Shown: positions 12,494-26,420, counted from the first letter of the stretch. The stretch: 64,000 nt of DNA from Selaginella moellendorffii (GCF_000143415.4 NW_003314416.1:213981-277980); one strand, 5' to 3'. Notes: generated by a model not told the origin, from the sequence alone. Made by a program: numbers and translations.

Positions 12494-15110
12494 CCTCCAT
12501 TTTCTGGGTGGAGACCTTGGCGTCAGCAACGTCCCGTTGGTGCTGCTGCGGTGGAAGGTTTGGACACCGAGGTGCATTCGGGAAACGAGGAGTCACGCGA
12601 GTAATGGAGGGACCTTGCGCGAATAAGTTAGTGACCCCTCCATCTTTCTTTCGGGAATATCATCAAGGGGTTCACTGGGCACCAGTTCATCCAGTGATTA
12701 CTTTCCAAGCTCGTTTTTATAACAAGAGGTCTCCTATTATTCTCTCCGTGTTGGTTGATACAGGTTTGAGTTTATCTTCTATTGCTCGACCTGTTGCCAC
12801 ACGTTGTCGTCTACACTTGTGTCGTGCGGTGGATCCAATTTTCATTCTTTATGGCAACAGCCGTACACATGCATGTGCACGAGATGAGGCAAACTTGGTT
12901 GTGCGTGTGGGCGATCTCGAGCTTGAGTTGCAGTCGTTGCGGGTGGTGCCGAGTCAAGCTTTTGACCTCATTCTTGGTATGGATTGGTTGCAGCACAATC
13001 ATGCCAAGTGTGACTTTGAAGCTTCTCCCCCTTGTCTCATACTTCCTTATGTTTCATCCATTCCTCTCACTTTCGTACCTCTTCGTCCCGCTACTTCTAC
13101 CTCTGTTTCCATTACTTTTGTTCCCCTAGTATTTCCTCCTATATTTCCATCTTGTTCTGCTCTTCCCTTTTTCGATCCCTCTGATGATCTTTGTGTTGCA
13201 GCTGTTGACCGGCTCATGAAGGAGTATTCTGATCTCTTTGATTTTGACCTATTGTCTAGGGCCAAGATTGCCACACGTCATCCGATTCCAACCGGGGATG
13301 CTCGTCCAATCAAGGTTCTTGTTCGTCATTGGTCACCCAAGGAGATCAAGATTTTACGTGCAAACGTCAAGGAGATGTTGGAGAAGGGTGTTATTCAAAA
13401 GTCGCGGAATCCTTAGGCATGTGAACTTCATCTTGTGACGAAGCCTGATGGGAGTATTCGTTTCTGCATCGACTATCGTAAGTTAAAGGAAGTGACGATC
13501 CCGGATGTGTACCCTCTTCCTCACACTGCTGATCTCCTGGATTGTCTAGGGCGAAGTCGTTGGTTTACCAAGCTAGATCTTGCTTCTGGGTATTGGCAAG
13601 TACCGATGGCCGCAGAAGATATTCCTAAGATTGCTTTTCGTACACCATTTGGTTTGTATGAGTTCTTGGTGATGCCGTTTTGTTTGAACAACGCTCCAGC
13701 AACTTTCCAGCGGATGATGGACGAGGTTCTTTGTGATATGCCAGAGGTGACTGCCGACTTCATTGATGATGTCTTGATTCACTCGGAGGGGACGTGGGAG
13801 GAGCACATTCGTGATGTTTGTAAAGTGTTGGATCGGCTACGCGATGTTGGTTTAAAGCTGAAGCGGTCGAAGTGCGTGTTTGGGTCCAAGGATACAACTT
13901 ATCTTGGGTACCGTATTTCTCGTGAGGGTTTGCAAGTTGATCCTGACAAACTTGTGGCTGTTCTAAAGTTCCCTACTCCGAAATGTGTGAATGATGTGCA
14001 GCGCTTCTTGGGCAAGGTGCAGTATCTCGGTCGTTTTGTGGATCATCTTTTTGATCACACTGCACCATTGCGACTGTTGCTAAAGTCATCAATGTCATCT
14101 TTCATTTGGTCTCCGGATTGTGAGCGGGTGTTCGTGGATCTCAAAGAGTTATTGACGACTCCTCCGGTTTTGGCATATCCTGACTACACTCGACCTTTTA
14201 TTTTGCACGTGGATGCTTCTGACATTGGTCTTGGAGGTGTGTTGATGCAAGAGAGCTCGAGTGTGCTTGGTCAGCGCCATCCTATTGCTAGCGCCTCTGC
14301 AACTGCTTTTGGCTACTTCCTCCTCAATCGAGTGGTGTTCCAGCATTGTTGTCCAGAGCGGATTCTTTCGGATAACGGTCCCGCATTTATGGCTGAGGTA
14401 TTTCATGTTTTGACGTCTCAGTTGGGGATACGCCACACTTTCACGAGTGCTTATCATCCACAATCAGATGGTCTGGTGGAGCGGCTTGTTCGGACATTCA
14501 AAGGGATGATTACGAAGTATGTGAACTTTCAGCATTCGAATTGGGTTATTTGCCGTCTCTTTGGTATGCATATGTCACAGGGGTGCAAAGTTCTTTTGGT
14601 GCTTCACCATATAAACTCCTATATGGTCATGATCCAATATTACCAACGAAGCTGGGTTTACCTTCACGATTGCCGCGAGCTGCCGATGCTAGGTCGTCGG
14701 ATCAATATTTGACAAGCATTCTTCCACTTGTCCGAGCAGAGTCTGCCGAACACTTACGCCGCGTACAAGTAGGACAACAACGGCGCTACAACTCTCATCA
14801 TCGTCCACCTATGGAGTACAAAGTGGATGATTTTGTGTTAGTCCGTTTTCCCTATTTTACGATACGTGGTTTATCTAAGGGACTTCTTGCGCAGTGGAAA
14901 GGACCGTATCAGGTGTTGCGGCAAGTTGGATCACAAGTTTATGAGGTTCAGCATGACGTTCAGCAGGCCGATCCTCCAGAGATTGTGCATGTGCAGCGGC
15001 TGAAACGCTTCGTACAAAGGGATCAACAGGAATTAATACCACCTACAGATCCACCGATGCCTCCTCCTGATGTTCCTCCAGATCCCAGCCCATCTACAAG
15101 AGAACCCTGA
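12469..15110 (+). pseudogene. pol: Pol (PR-RT-deleted RH/INT), disrupted
   Basis: ORFs 12469-13416, 13435-14712 and 14541-15110, with a stop at ~13414 and a frameshift at ~14540. RH-to-INT deletion junction RHPI|ASASATA at ~14288. Confidence 0.88.
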
Positions 15111-15325
15111 TGGTCTTCCATTATTCCGAGAGGAGGGGATGATGTGAGGGCCAAGTGTACGGCTATGATGCCGTATATTAATATTAGCGTAGTGGGATTT
15201 TGGTAACCATCGGATTGGTTTCAATCTGGACCACATTGGCTTCAATCCGGACCACTCGCTCCTGTATATAAGCTAATTGATATGCACATTTTCTGTATTC
15301 CCTTTCCATATTCCATGCACTCACA

Positions 15326-16610
15326 ATATAAAATATATTATTGTTTAATAACACAAGTATTTATCACAATATTCATAAAACCAATATTTACAACTATGAT
15401 TTATATTAATTTTAATATGAGTATTGTTGAAAACTCTTCTCTTGTAGAGTAAATATGCACGAGTAGATATTTATATCATCAATAATTTCTCCAAATATAA
15501 AAAATAAATTAGTTTATTATAATTAGTAATTTATATTTGAAAATAATAGCACTATTTTATTTTATTTTTTGCTTCAAATACTCCACTATCTGGTTTTTAA
15601 CTGAAAAAATCTATACTCTAATTTTTTTTTGCTATAATATAATTTAATTCTCAATAATTGTTTTTAATAAATTTGTCATCTTGTGTGTTATATTGCCACT
15701 ATCTACATCCTTTAGAGTTAAGAATTGTTTTTTCTAAACAACATACTTTGTCCAAAAGTTTCAAATACACACCTTTAAGAGTATGATTTGATTTCTTTTG
15801 TGAAAAATATTTTTATACATATATTTCAAGAAGATGGGAGTATGTTGATATTGTAAGCTGACTTAAGATATATAACAAAAACATCTAATTTTTTATAAAC
15901 CTTGACCTAAAATATAAGAATAAAAAAAATAATTAGATTATGATACTCTAGAAATAAATATAGAAAGAATCATGATGAAATTTTTTGAAAGATTTCCTTC
16001 ATAGTGGGTTTATTGTTCTTCTGCTTTGTATAGAAGCCATAATTGAGTTTTTCTTTAATGGAATTCTTGTTAATCAAAGCATATCACTGTTGATTACAAT
16101 TAATTACACAACACTACCAGTAAATCAATCTAGTAATATATGTTAGCAATTAACATAAAAAATAACATTATTATATTCTTAATAAGATTTAAAGTTGTTA
16201 AAGTTTTAAAAAAAATATTTTACTTCATTATTCTCTTGTATTATAAATTAGATTGTTCAAACCTCGCTTTTATAGTACATAAAACTAAATTTTTTATAAA
16301 ATTAAATAATTAGATCTAACATACTACTATATATATGAATATTTAAAATATATTTTATATTGCAAGAACCACTGCTTCCTTCCTGTAAGAAATTTTTTGC
16401 TTTATTAAATACTATAGAATACCATATCTACATAAAATATAAAAACTATTTTTAAAGAAAATTATTAAAAAAGAAACATATTTTAAGTTGGATTCATATC
16501 AGTTATAAGATGGATGTTGTAGAAAATGCTAATCTTGAAGACTAAAATTGATTTGGAAAATTATTCTTACTTATAAAGATACTATGAAATAAGGATATTT
16601 TATTATATCT
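15326..16610. other. Very AT-rich non-coding tract
   Basis: Long A/T runs and no ORFs; sharp compositional contrast with both flanks. Confidence 0.8.
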
Positions 16611-16660
16611 TCCTTTGGATGGAGCTTCGCTTTCTTCAACTTCTTTGATTCCTCTTACAG

Positions 16661-17588
16661 GTGGTTATGGAGTTGGGAGGCCGTGCATAGTGGAACATCT
16701 TGTTCCAGACTTGGAAGGTACAATCATTAAGTTGGTCCACAAGGGATTCTATCAAAGCGGCCAGTCATGCATTCACATGCAGCGTTTTTATGTGAAAGGT
16801 GAGGTATTTGACACTTGTCTTTAAATTCTATCATATTCTTTGTTCTCAAATCGAGCTTTGATCTAACGTATTTGGTGCTGGTTGTGTAGGTGAAGGATGC
16901 ATTGATCACTGCTGTTAAGAAACTCAAAGGTGGAGATCCTCGCCAAGACGACACGTCAATTGGGCCCATGATATCCGAGTCATCGGCAGCTACAGTGGAG
17001 AAGAGTGTGAATGAGGCAGTGAAGGCAGGCACCAAACTTTTAGTTGGTGGTAAGAGAAGGGGAGCTTTCATAGAGCCAACAATCCTGGAAGACGCTCCCT
17101 TTGACACAGACACAAGGAAGGAAGAGATTTTCGATCTCATGATCCTTCTCTACTCATACAGGTAAGCTCTAAAAGTTTCTTAGCTCCCAAAGTTCTTCTT
17201 TACTTCCTTTTTATTTATCTAAACTAAAACGGTGGTGACGCAGTGATTTCAAGGAAGCCGTGAAGGAAGCTAACAACACGCATTACGGTCTCCAAGCCAG
17301 CGTCTTTACGCATAACCTAAACAAGGCCTTCTATGTGTTTGAGCACATATAGGTAGCTTTGCATTTGAGATATAGAAAGTATTGATCGATTGTTTGATTA
17401 TTATTTGATCCTCACAGGCTGGAGGAGTTTGCCTCAACGATTCGCCAAGAATGTGTGGTGATAGCCAGCCATACGGTGGGATCAAAGTCTCTGGAATCCA
17501 ATAAGAGGGTGTCAAGTACGTGATGGACGACATGCTTGAAACCAAAGTTTTAGTCATGTGCAATGTAGTCAATGTGTCCTACTTTTGA
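16661..17588 (+). pseudogene. ALDH21A1: Aldehyde dehydrogenase family 21 (NADP+-succinic semialdehyde dehydrogenase), 3' half, with introns
   Basis: VVMELGG..PCIV, GFYQSGQSCIHMQR (catalytic Cys), EEIF, SDFKEAVKEANNTHYGLQ, QPYGGIK.SG..EGVKYVMDDMLETKVLVM. Has GT-AG introns, a frameshift after ELGG and internal stops. Confidence 0.8.
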
Positions 17589-17849
17589 TCAAGCTCAAGC
17601 TCGAGCTTTCAAGAGTAAATACAGTCTATTGACAAATCATTGCTGAGTTGTCCTCTGTATTTATAATTATCCCACTCGCTGGTGCTAGAGCGCGAGTGGG
17701 CACACAGATTGCCACGTGGGATTCATCTTCTCCCATGGGAAAAACCACAAAAGCAGGCACTCAGGACATGGAAAAATGTACTTGGCCACAGGGGCAAGTT
17801 GCACGCACCGCCCCAGTCACTCCCATACACCCAAGAGTGAAAGGGGGCC

Positions 17850-18180
17850 CATGGTCCATGAGATATGGCAATGGGAATGGCACAAAATCCATTGCAATGG
17901 TGCAAGATGGTGGAGCAATGAAATCGGGATCTGTTTCTGTGGAAACGGGTGGATTCATGCAAGCTTTCCAACGGTTCAAATCCCATTGCGAACCAAGCTA
18001 CTGATGCTGCCCACTTGCACAAAAACCCCATGTCAAACCCATCGTAATGGTGCGGGCCGGTGGAGGAGCAAAATCCAGATTTGTTTCTATGGAAACGGGT
18101 GGATTCACACAAGCTTTCTAACGGTTCAAGTCCCATTGCAAACTAAGTCATGGATCTTGCCCACTCGCGCAAAACCCATA
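17850..18180. repeat. ~150-bp direct duplication of unknown origin
   Basis: GATCTGTTTCTGTGGAAACGGGTGGATTCA..CCCACTTGCACAAAAACCCAT occurs at ~17928 and again at ~18077. Confidence 0.7.
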
Positions 18181-18440
18181 TCCAGACCCTAGCCCTAGCC
18201 ACGTGTCACAGGAACTGCCAGTCAAACTCATCCTCACTGGTCAACCACCCCACCGCACCAATGGCCATGATTGCCCCGTTTAACCCCCACTTAATCGCAC
18301 TAAGCGCACCCCATAATCGCCCTTTGCTAGTTAAACCCCCTCCCATAAACCCAATAAATTAACCAACATGAAAAACGTAACAAAGAGGTGGTAGAGGCCT
18401 AGTGGCAGAGACCCCCAATGTAAAAACAGGTCCACACAAA

Positions 18441-21400
18441 TAGGTCCCTAGGTCGATGAAACATGTATGTACATTCCCCAATGTCCCGTAGGGACTAATA
18501 CAAAAACCAGGCATGCTGCCCGAAGCTCATGCTACCTAGTGAAGATCTACCTCATTTGAAGTGAGACTAGTCCTACAGTAGAAGTGACTGCGGTCGCCTC
18601 TGTCGTATCGTGTCCAGATCCAAGTGCCCCCTTCGTGCTGACTGCAAGATCGACTCCGGGGGGCACCATCTCCAACGAACCTTATTGTGGTCTCCTTCAC
18701 CAAAACATGGTAGCCATGCTTTCTGCCACTCCTCAAGCCTCTCGAGCTTCCCCCTGTCTTGGAGGATAGCATAGTGAAGCTATACTGCTGCCAATGTAAG
18801 TCTGCACCACTCTACCAGTACCTATGATACTTTGACTTGTGTCCTGTCAAAGTGTGCCTGGTTACGTGCTTCCCAAAGGGCCTGAACTCCCGTCGCACGC
18901 CATACCACCCATCGAGCATGGCCAAGTGCCTCCCACATGGGGACTCCTATCTCTGCCCCAGTCAAGTCCCAACGGACCCAAATCCCCCAGCCGTGTTGTC
19001 CTCTGCACCTGATGTGTAGCAAGGCTGGGCCCTGGGCAGGACCCCTTGCTCCCTCGAACAAGTGGAGCACACCCCCACTGCGGGCCTCAAAATCTTGTGT
19101 AACGCCCAGCTCCTTCCCTGCCTTAATGATCTGGCGCCACACCTCCTTTGCAGTGTCGCACTCCCACAGCGCATGCTTGACTGTCTCGATTTCACCACAC
19201 TCCCTGCACCTATGACTCGCATCATCCTGGAATCGCTGTCCAACTGGGAGCCCATTGTTCGCTACCAACCACGAGGTGACTTTCACTTTTTCCTGCACGA
19301 GCAGCTTCCAAAAGTGAATCGTGTTATCCACCACCTGCTCCGCATCCACCCCCTGTGCTATCCACTTCTACCACAGCTTTGGAATCTCCTCTCTTGCCTC
19401 CTCTCGTGATGTCAATAGTCCATTACACACTTCCTTGACCTCATAGGAGAAAAAGCTTCCCATCCCTCGTCACCATGCGGCAGGGTCCCAATCCAGATCT
19501 TCAAGTAGCTGTTGTTGCCACCATATTAGTGATCCATTGCCCTCCAATAGGTCTTCCGATTCCACCATGTCCAGCGTCTTGGGTGACTGCCTAAGCACAC
19601 AAATCCCCCCATGTACCTCATCGTCCATGACGTCTGGCATCACTTGTCTCTCACCCATCGGGAGAAGTGTATCTCCTCTTGTGACGTGAAAAGGCCGTCC
19701 TATGTTGTGCTCTGGTGCAGCAACGAACCACACCTCAATGTCCCCTTCTTCCCATGCTGGTATAGGTGCAGTGAATGCTCAAGTCCACGTCCCCAACGGA
19801 TGCTGCACTGCATCGTGCTCCTCCCACTCTGTTTGCCGCTGGATCGCCACAAATTCCCCTGCTTTAAGGCATCTTCTTGGCCACTTCATCCCTGCTTTTG
19901 TGTCGTTCACCACTCGAGGGAGGATGTTGCGTCACTTCCAATGTCCAAACACTTGAGTCCTTCTCGCTGTTCACCACCAATCCCTATCAATCACTCCCGC
20001 CTGTTGTTTCATGGTCTGGAAGCCGTTTGCATGCATTTTCCTCCAGATTGTGTGGTGTGTCTCTCGTCCCAGTGTCCCACCTCCCACTTTGAATAGTGCA
20101 TTGAAAAACAGAGGCTGGTTAAGCCACTCCTCGGCCCTCGTCGGTGGTGTTTGCTCCAGCAGAAAGGCTCTCCATAGTCGGTGAAGGCTCTGGATGAACT
20201 TGCTCTCTTTCACTACCTGAGTCAGTTCTTCTGTGAAGAGCCACCGTGGGTCCTCCTCCCATGGTTGGCGAATCGCTAGGAGGCTCTGCCGGAACATAGG
20301 TTGCCACGGCTGTCTCCTCTGTTGCAAGCCCATGAGAAAAATCTTGTACCTCATCACCTTTGCCATGTTGCTGGGGTCAATGATCCCAAGCCCCCATAGG
20401 ATGCACAGCCTTGCTATAGACTGCCACACCACCTTGACCATTGTTCGCTCTGTAGCCAATGCTCCATGCCATACGTAGGTTTGCACCATCTGTCTCACCT
20501 TCTGCAGTGTAGTTTCCAGCACCGGCCAAATCGAGAGCTGGTACCAGATGCTGGGGAGGATCATGCTCTTGACTACTATGATCCGAGCTGGGAGTCCGAG
20601 TTTCCTCGGTGCCCATTTTTGAACTGCAGTCCGGATCCTCCTAGGCAGCATATCGTCCTATGTAGCCACACTGTACTGGACCCCAACCTAGATGCTGAGG
20701 TACCGAGTGACTTCGCCAGGGCAAATCCACTGAAAGCCTATCTCCTGTCCCCAGGCCTCGATGCCTGGCTTTCCCTAGTTCACTCCTACTGACTTGTTCT
20801 AGTTTATGGCTGCTCCCGCTGCCATGTTGAAGATCTCCAGCTTGGACCTTGCTGCGTCCAGGTTCCCAAGGGTGGCGAGCAGGAAGAGTGCGGTGTCATT
20901 TGCAAATGCCCCATCTTGTAGCTCTTGCGTCAGGACTTGAGTTCCTGGGAGTTGTAGCCATTCAGAGGGCAGCACTAGGCCTTTTATATCCCCTCCATCC
21001 GCGAGGAAAGAGCCCAGCATCTCTGCTACTATCAGAAACAGGTAGGGGGGGAGTGGACATCCTTGCCTTACTGAGCGTCCTAAGTGGAAGGTCAGGCCTT
21101 TCTCTCCATTTAGTGTGACCCGGCTTGCTGCTCCCCTGTACAAAAGTGAGATACGCGAGATAGTCCTTGCCGGGATCCCTATCCTCCACATGCAATCCTC
21201 CAAGAAGTCCCAATCGACTTGAACGTAGGCCTTCTCAAAGTCTAGTAGCCACGCTGCAATCTGTTGATTTGAGACGTTTGCCCACCGTTGTGCAAGGAGG
21301 CACATCCATATGTTTTCTGCGATCTGTCGTCCTGACACGAATCCAGTCTGTTGTTCTCTGATGATGAGGGGCATGAGTGGCTGTAGCTTGAGTGCCATCG

Positions 21401-21866
21401 CCTTTGCGTATATCTTGTACGATGTGTTGAGCATGGTTATGGGGTGCTAGTTCCTGAGTTCCTGGAGGTCTCCCCGTTTTGGAATCAATGCAATTTGTCC
21501 CTCCAGTATCTCTCTCGGTAGCACCCCTGTTTGTTGTGCGTCTCGCCATGTCTCTAGGAGCATAAGGCCAACGTCATCCCAATACTCCTCATAGAATGCT
21601 GGAAGGAGGCCGTCCATACCTGACACCTTGTCATCGTTCAGCTATTCCATGGCTCGGTGGAGGTCTTCCAATGAAAAGTCGGCCACCAGCATCTCCAGGT
21701 ACTCATCGGGCACTCTACGTGGAAGAGAGGATAGCACTCTGCTTGCAGCGTCTCTCCTATCCTGGGACCAGGGCTTGGCGGTGTACAGCTTCTGGTAGAA
21801 CCTCTGTGCCAGCCCCTGCATTCCCTGTTGGTCCTTGACCACTTCTCCATTGTCCTTCCTCAGTCC
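18441..21866 (-). mobile_element. L1/Tx1-like LINE D, ORF2 RT to C-terminal zinc finger, degenerate, cut by an LTR
   Basis: MLNTSYKIYAK, LDFEKAY, VRQGCPL.PYLF, FANDT, YLSI.VG; C-terminal CRECGEIETVKHALWEC. Confidence 0.9.
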
Positions 21867-23532
21867 TGTGAGACATAAAATCCCTAGGCCCCAAAGTGGA
21901 GCCAAAAGAGTGCCATGTGGTAGTGGCTGAAGCAAAAGCCAAATGAGCGTAATATGTTTGGACCAAAAGCTCTAACTGGAAAAGTCGAGAGCGGGAGTAG
22001 AACTCCCAACAAAGTGCTCGAGGAACAAGCACGAGGTGAGCCATGAGTGAGTTTCTAGAAAAGGGGACACAAGAGGACCAAAACATGACACGTGGAAGTG
22101 TCCGAGAAGGAGTTTGAGATGGAGTCTGAGATGGACCCGAGATGCAGTCCAAGAGGGACTCGAGATGCAGTCCAAGAGGGACTCGAAATGGAGTCTGAGA
22201 TGGACCCAAGATGGAGTCCGAGATGGACCCGAGATGGAGTCTGAGATGGAGACGAGATGGAGTCCGAGATGGAGTCCGAGATGGACCCGAGATGGAGTCC
22301 GAGATGGAGTCTGAGATGAACCCGAGATGGAGTCCAAGATGGACCCGAGATGGAGTCTGAGATGGAGTCCGAGATGGAGTCCGAGATGGAGTCCAAGGTG
22401 GAACCGAGACCGAGACTGAGACCGAGTCCGAGTCCAAAACCAGGACCGAGACCAAGTCCGAGTTCGAGTCTGAATACTAATACAGGCTGTTGGGTGAAAG
22501 CCCAAAGCGATTGTCCCCCATTTTGGCCAGGAAAGGCCAGGTTGGCCTAGGAAAGCCATACCTAGTGTTGGGTGATGAGTTGACCACTAGGAAATCCAAG
22601 ATTAGAGTGAATATGGACCGACAAGCAGTGTAGCTTGGTGAAGTGTTCAAAAGCCGGCTCCAGTTCCCCCGGAAGATCGAATGGTCAATGCTCCTAATTC
22701 AAGTGTGGGTGGCACTACCTACTTGGATACCTGGCGTAGCTCAACAGAACCTCGCTCTAAGCCCATGGCTAGAGCACCTAAAGGTGGAAGGCGGGGAGAG
22801 TACCTATGAGGCTCATGTAGGGCCACGGTGTTCCGAAATGTTGTCTCAAAGGCCAAAACTTTGGAAAGGAGGAACAGTAGTCCTTTGGTGTAGTGACCAA
22901 GGATATAGTCGTATGGTGAGGAAGTCCCAGAGGACTGTGGGACTTAGTGGTTGGGCCTGTTGGCCTTGATCCAGTGGCAGTGTTGGCGAATATGGCCACG
23001 AGCAGAAAAGGGCTTGGTGAGGACCGGAAAAGGAATATTGGGAAAGGCTATTCCCCATGTCTGTGGGCATCCTAAAGATGCTAAGGAGTGGATCTGGGAT
23101 GATCACTCATGGACGAATGGCCTAGTCATTGAGAGATGGGACTATGATGTAGGTGGTGTCAGACCACCGGTATGACCAAGGTGAATGGGCATGGCCTTAG
23201 CATAACGGGCTGATATGTCAGTAATACCTTGGGGTGTCGGTCATGGGATCAGACACGTGGAGCACTTGGACCAAGTGCAATAGTTGAGTGGCATGGATGC
23301 CTTTCTTGGGGCTAGCAAGTCCCTAAGTCCAAAATAGGACTTACGGAGGTTGTGAGTGAGACTCCTCCAAATGGTCGGAGGTGTGGTTAAGTGACTAAAG
23401 TAGAATGGAAAATTTAGTCGCTCACAACTTGGTATCGGAGCTGTTTCGTAGTTTGATTTTTATTGGTGCTCAAGTATATCACCATTGATGTTGGCATCGG
23501 AAGGTCCTAGGAGTGGGCCTATCCTTGAGGAG
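21867..23532 (+). mobile_element. LARD-family 5' LTR, PBS and short internal stub (truncated)
   Basis: LTR 21867-23426 is homologous to 4345-6255; PBS at 23430-23441; ~100 bp matches 211-303, then the match ends abruptly. Confidence 0.88.
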
Positions 23533-23880
23533 TGGTATGTCGAGAGGATATGGCTCTCTACTCAAGTTCATGCGTCAACTTGGGCTATGGATGCTGCCCA
23601 CTCGCGCAAAACCCATCTCCAGACCCTAGCCCTAGCCATGTGTCACAGGGACTGCCGGTCAAACTCATCCCCACTGGTCAACCACCCCACCGCACCAACA
23701 GCCGCGATTGCCTTGCTTAAACCCCACTTAATCGCACTAAGCGCACCCCATAATCGCCCTTTGGTAGTCAAACCCTCTCCCATAAACCCAATAAATTTAA
23801 CCGACACGAAAAATGTAATAGAGAGGTGGTAGAGGCCTAGTGGCAGAGAACCCCAATGTAAAAACAAGTCCACACAAATA

Positions 23881-26420
23881 GGTCCCTGGGTCATATGTAC
23901 ATTTCTACAAGTCCCTTAGGGACTGATACAAAAAACATGACACCCTTCGCACTGTTCACTCAACTACGCTGTCTTGCAATTCTCCACCTAATAGTGACCA
24001 TTGCCCTCCAGCTCCCCTGTAGAGAGCTGGGATCCCTATCCTCTGCATGCAATCCTCCAAGAAGTCCCAATCAACTCAATCGTAGGCCTTCTCAAAGTCT
24101 AGTAGCCACGCTACAATCTGTTGATTTGAGACATTTGCCCACCTCTATGCCAGGAGGTACGTCCATATGTTTTCTGCGATCTGTCGTCCCGACACGAATC
24201 CAATCTGCTGTTCTTTGATGATGATGGGCATGACTGGTTGCAGCTTTTGTGCCATCGCCTTTGCGTATATCTTGTACAATGTGTTGAGCATGGTTATGGG
24301 GTGCCAATTCCTGAGTTCCTGGAGGTCACCCCATTTCGGAATCAATGCGATTTGTCCCTCTAGTATCTCCCTTGGCAGCACCCCTGTTTGCTATGCATCT
24401 CGCCATGTCTCCAGGATCATTAGGCCAACATTGTCCCAATACTCCTCATAGAATGCCGGAAGGAGGCCGTCCATACCTGGCATCTTGTCATCGTTCAGCT
24501 GCTCCCGGGCTCGGTGGAGGTCTTCCAATGAAAAGTCGGCCACCAACATCTCCAGGTACTCATCGGGAACTCTGCGTGGAAGAGTGGACAGCACTCTGCT
24601 TGCGGCGTCTCTCCTATCCAGGGACCAGGGTGTAAGCGACTAATTTTTCCTTTTTACTTTAGTCACTTAACTGCACCTCCGACCACTTGGAGGAGTCTCA
24701 TTCACAACCTCCATAAGTCCCAGTTAGGACTTGGGGCTTGCTAGCCCTGAGAATGGCATCCATGCCACTCAACCTTTGCACTTGGTCCAAGTGCTCCACG
24801 TGTCCGATCCCATGACCGACACCCTAAGGTACCACCGACATACCAGCCGGTTATGCTAGGCCATGCCCATTCACCTTGGTCACACCGGTGGTCTAACGCC
24901 ACCTGCATCATAATCCCGTCTCTCAAAGACTGGGCCATCCGTCTATGAGCGATCATCCCAGATCTACTCCTTAGCATCCTTAGGATGCCCACAGACATGG
25001 GGAATAGCCTTCCCCAACAACTCTTTTCCAGTCCCCACCAAGTCCCTTTTAGTCTATGGCCGTGTTCGCCAACACTGCCACTGGATCAAGGCCCGCAGGC
25101 CGGACCGCTAAGTCCCACTATCCTTTGAGACTTCCTCACCATGTGACCGTATCCTTGGTCACTGCATTAGAGGCCTACTCCTCTTCCTTTTCACCGTTTG
25201 GGACTTTGGGACAACATTTCAGAACACCGTGGCCTTACGCAAGCCTCATGGGTACTCTCCCCGCCTTTCGCCTTTAGGTGCTCTAGCCATGGGCTTAGAG
25301 CGAGGTTCCATTGAGCCACGACAGGTATCCAAGTAGGTAGTGCCACCCACACTTGGACTGGGAGCATTGGCCAGTCGATCTCCCGGGGGAACTAGAGCCG
25401 GCTCTTGAACACTTCACCAAGCTACCCCGCTTGTCGGTCCGTGTTCACTCTAGTCTTGGACTTCCCAGTGGGCAGCTCATCACCCAACACTGGGTCTGGC
25501 CTTTCTGGGCCAAACTGGCCTTTCCTGGCCAAATTGGCTCCACTGCAGTCCTCCCCTTACTATACTTTTGGAGCTCACCAAACCCCCTAGGGTCTGGGAC
25601 ACAAACGCTTTGGGCTTTCACACTCTCAGACTCGAACTCAGACTCGGACTCGGACTCGGACTGGGAGTCGGGCTCGGGCTCGGTCTCGGCCTCGGCCTCA
25701 GCCTCGGTCTCGGTCTCGGTGCCGATCTCGGTCTCGGTCTCGGTCTCGACTTCGGACTCCATCTCAGGTCAATCTCGGACTCCATCTCGGAATCCATCTT
25801 GTGTCCATCTCGGGTCCATCTCGGACTCCATCTCGGGTCCATCTTGGACTCCATCTCGGGTCCCATCTCGGACTCCATCTCGGACTCCATCTCGGGTCCA
25901 TCTCGGGTCCACCTCGGACTTCATCTCGGACTCCATCTCGGACTCCATCTCAGGTCTATCTCGGGTCCACCTCGGACTCCATCTCGGACTCCATCTCGGG
26001 TCCATCTCGGATCCACCTCGGACTCCATCTTGGGCTCCATCTCGGACTCCATCTCGGGTCCATCTCGGATCCACCTCGGACTCCATCTCGGGCTCCATCT
26101 CGGACTCCACTTCGGACTCCAACTCGGGTCCATCTCGGACTCCACTTCGGACCCCAATTTGGGTCCATCTCGGACACTTCCACGTGTCATGTGTTGGTCC
26201 TTTTGGGTCCCTTTTTGGAGCCTCTCTTATTGCTCGCTTCGTGCTTGTTCCTTGAGCACTTCGTTGGGAGTTCCTCTCCCGCTCTCAACCTTTCAAGTCG
26301 GAGCTTTTAGTCCAAACGTCTTACACTCGTTTGGTTTTCGCTTCGGCCACCACCACATGGCACCTTTCCGGGTCCACTTTGGGGCCTAGGGATTTTGTGT
26401 CTCACACAGGGCTAGGCCGT
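23881..26420 (-). mobile_element. Chimeric, deleted LINE C fragment interrupted by a solo LTR
   Basis: 3' end (23881-24010) matches LINE A type; RT fragments 24010-24630 match LINE B/D type; resumes at 26407-26420. Confidence 0.75.
24631..26406 (-). repeat. Solo LTR of the LARD family with 5-bp TSD CAGGG
   Basis: Reverse complement of 4345-6255; CAGGG at 24626-24630 and 26407-26411; no PBS or PPT flanks. Confidence 0.93.

Larger units (their letters stand above)
11248..15325 (+). mobile_element. Short-LTR Ty3/Gypsy copy 2 (non-chromovirus), internally deleted
   Basis: 5' LTR 11248-~11437, PBS, gag with CCHC (CWACDEVGHTYRRC), protease (LVDTG), RT (FIDD), truncated RH fused to INT, PPT 15128-15142, 3' LTR 15143-15325. 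ATAT flanks both ends. Confidence 0.92.
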
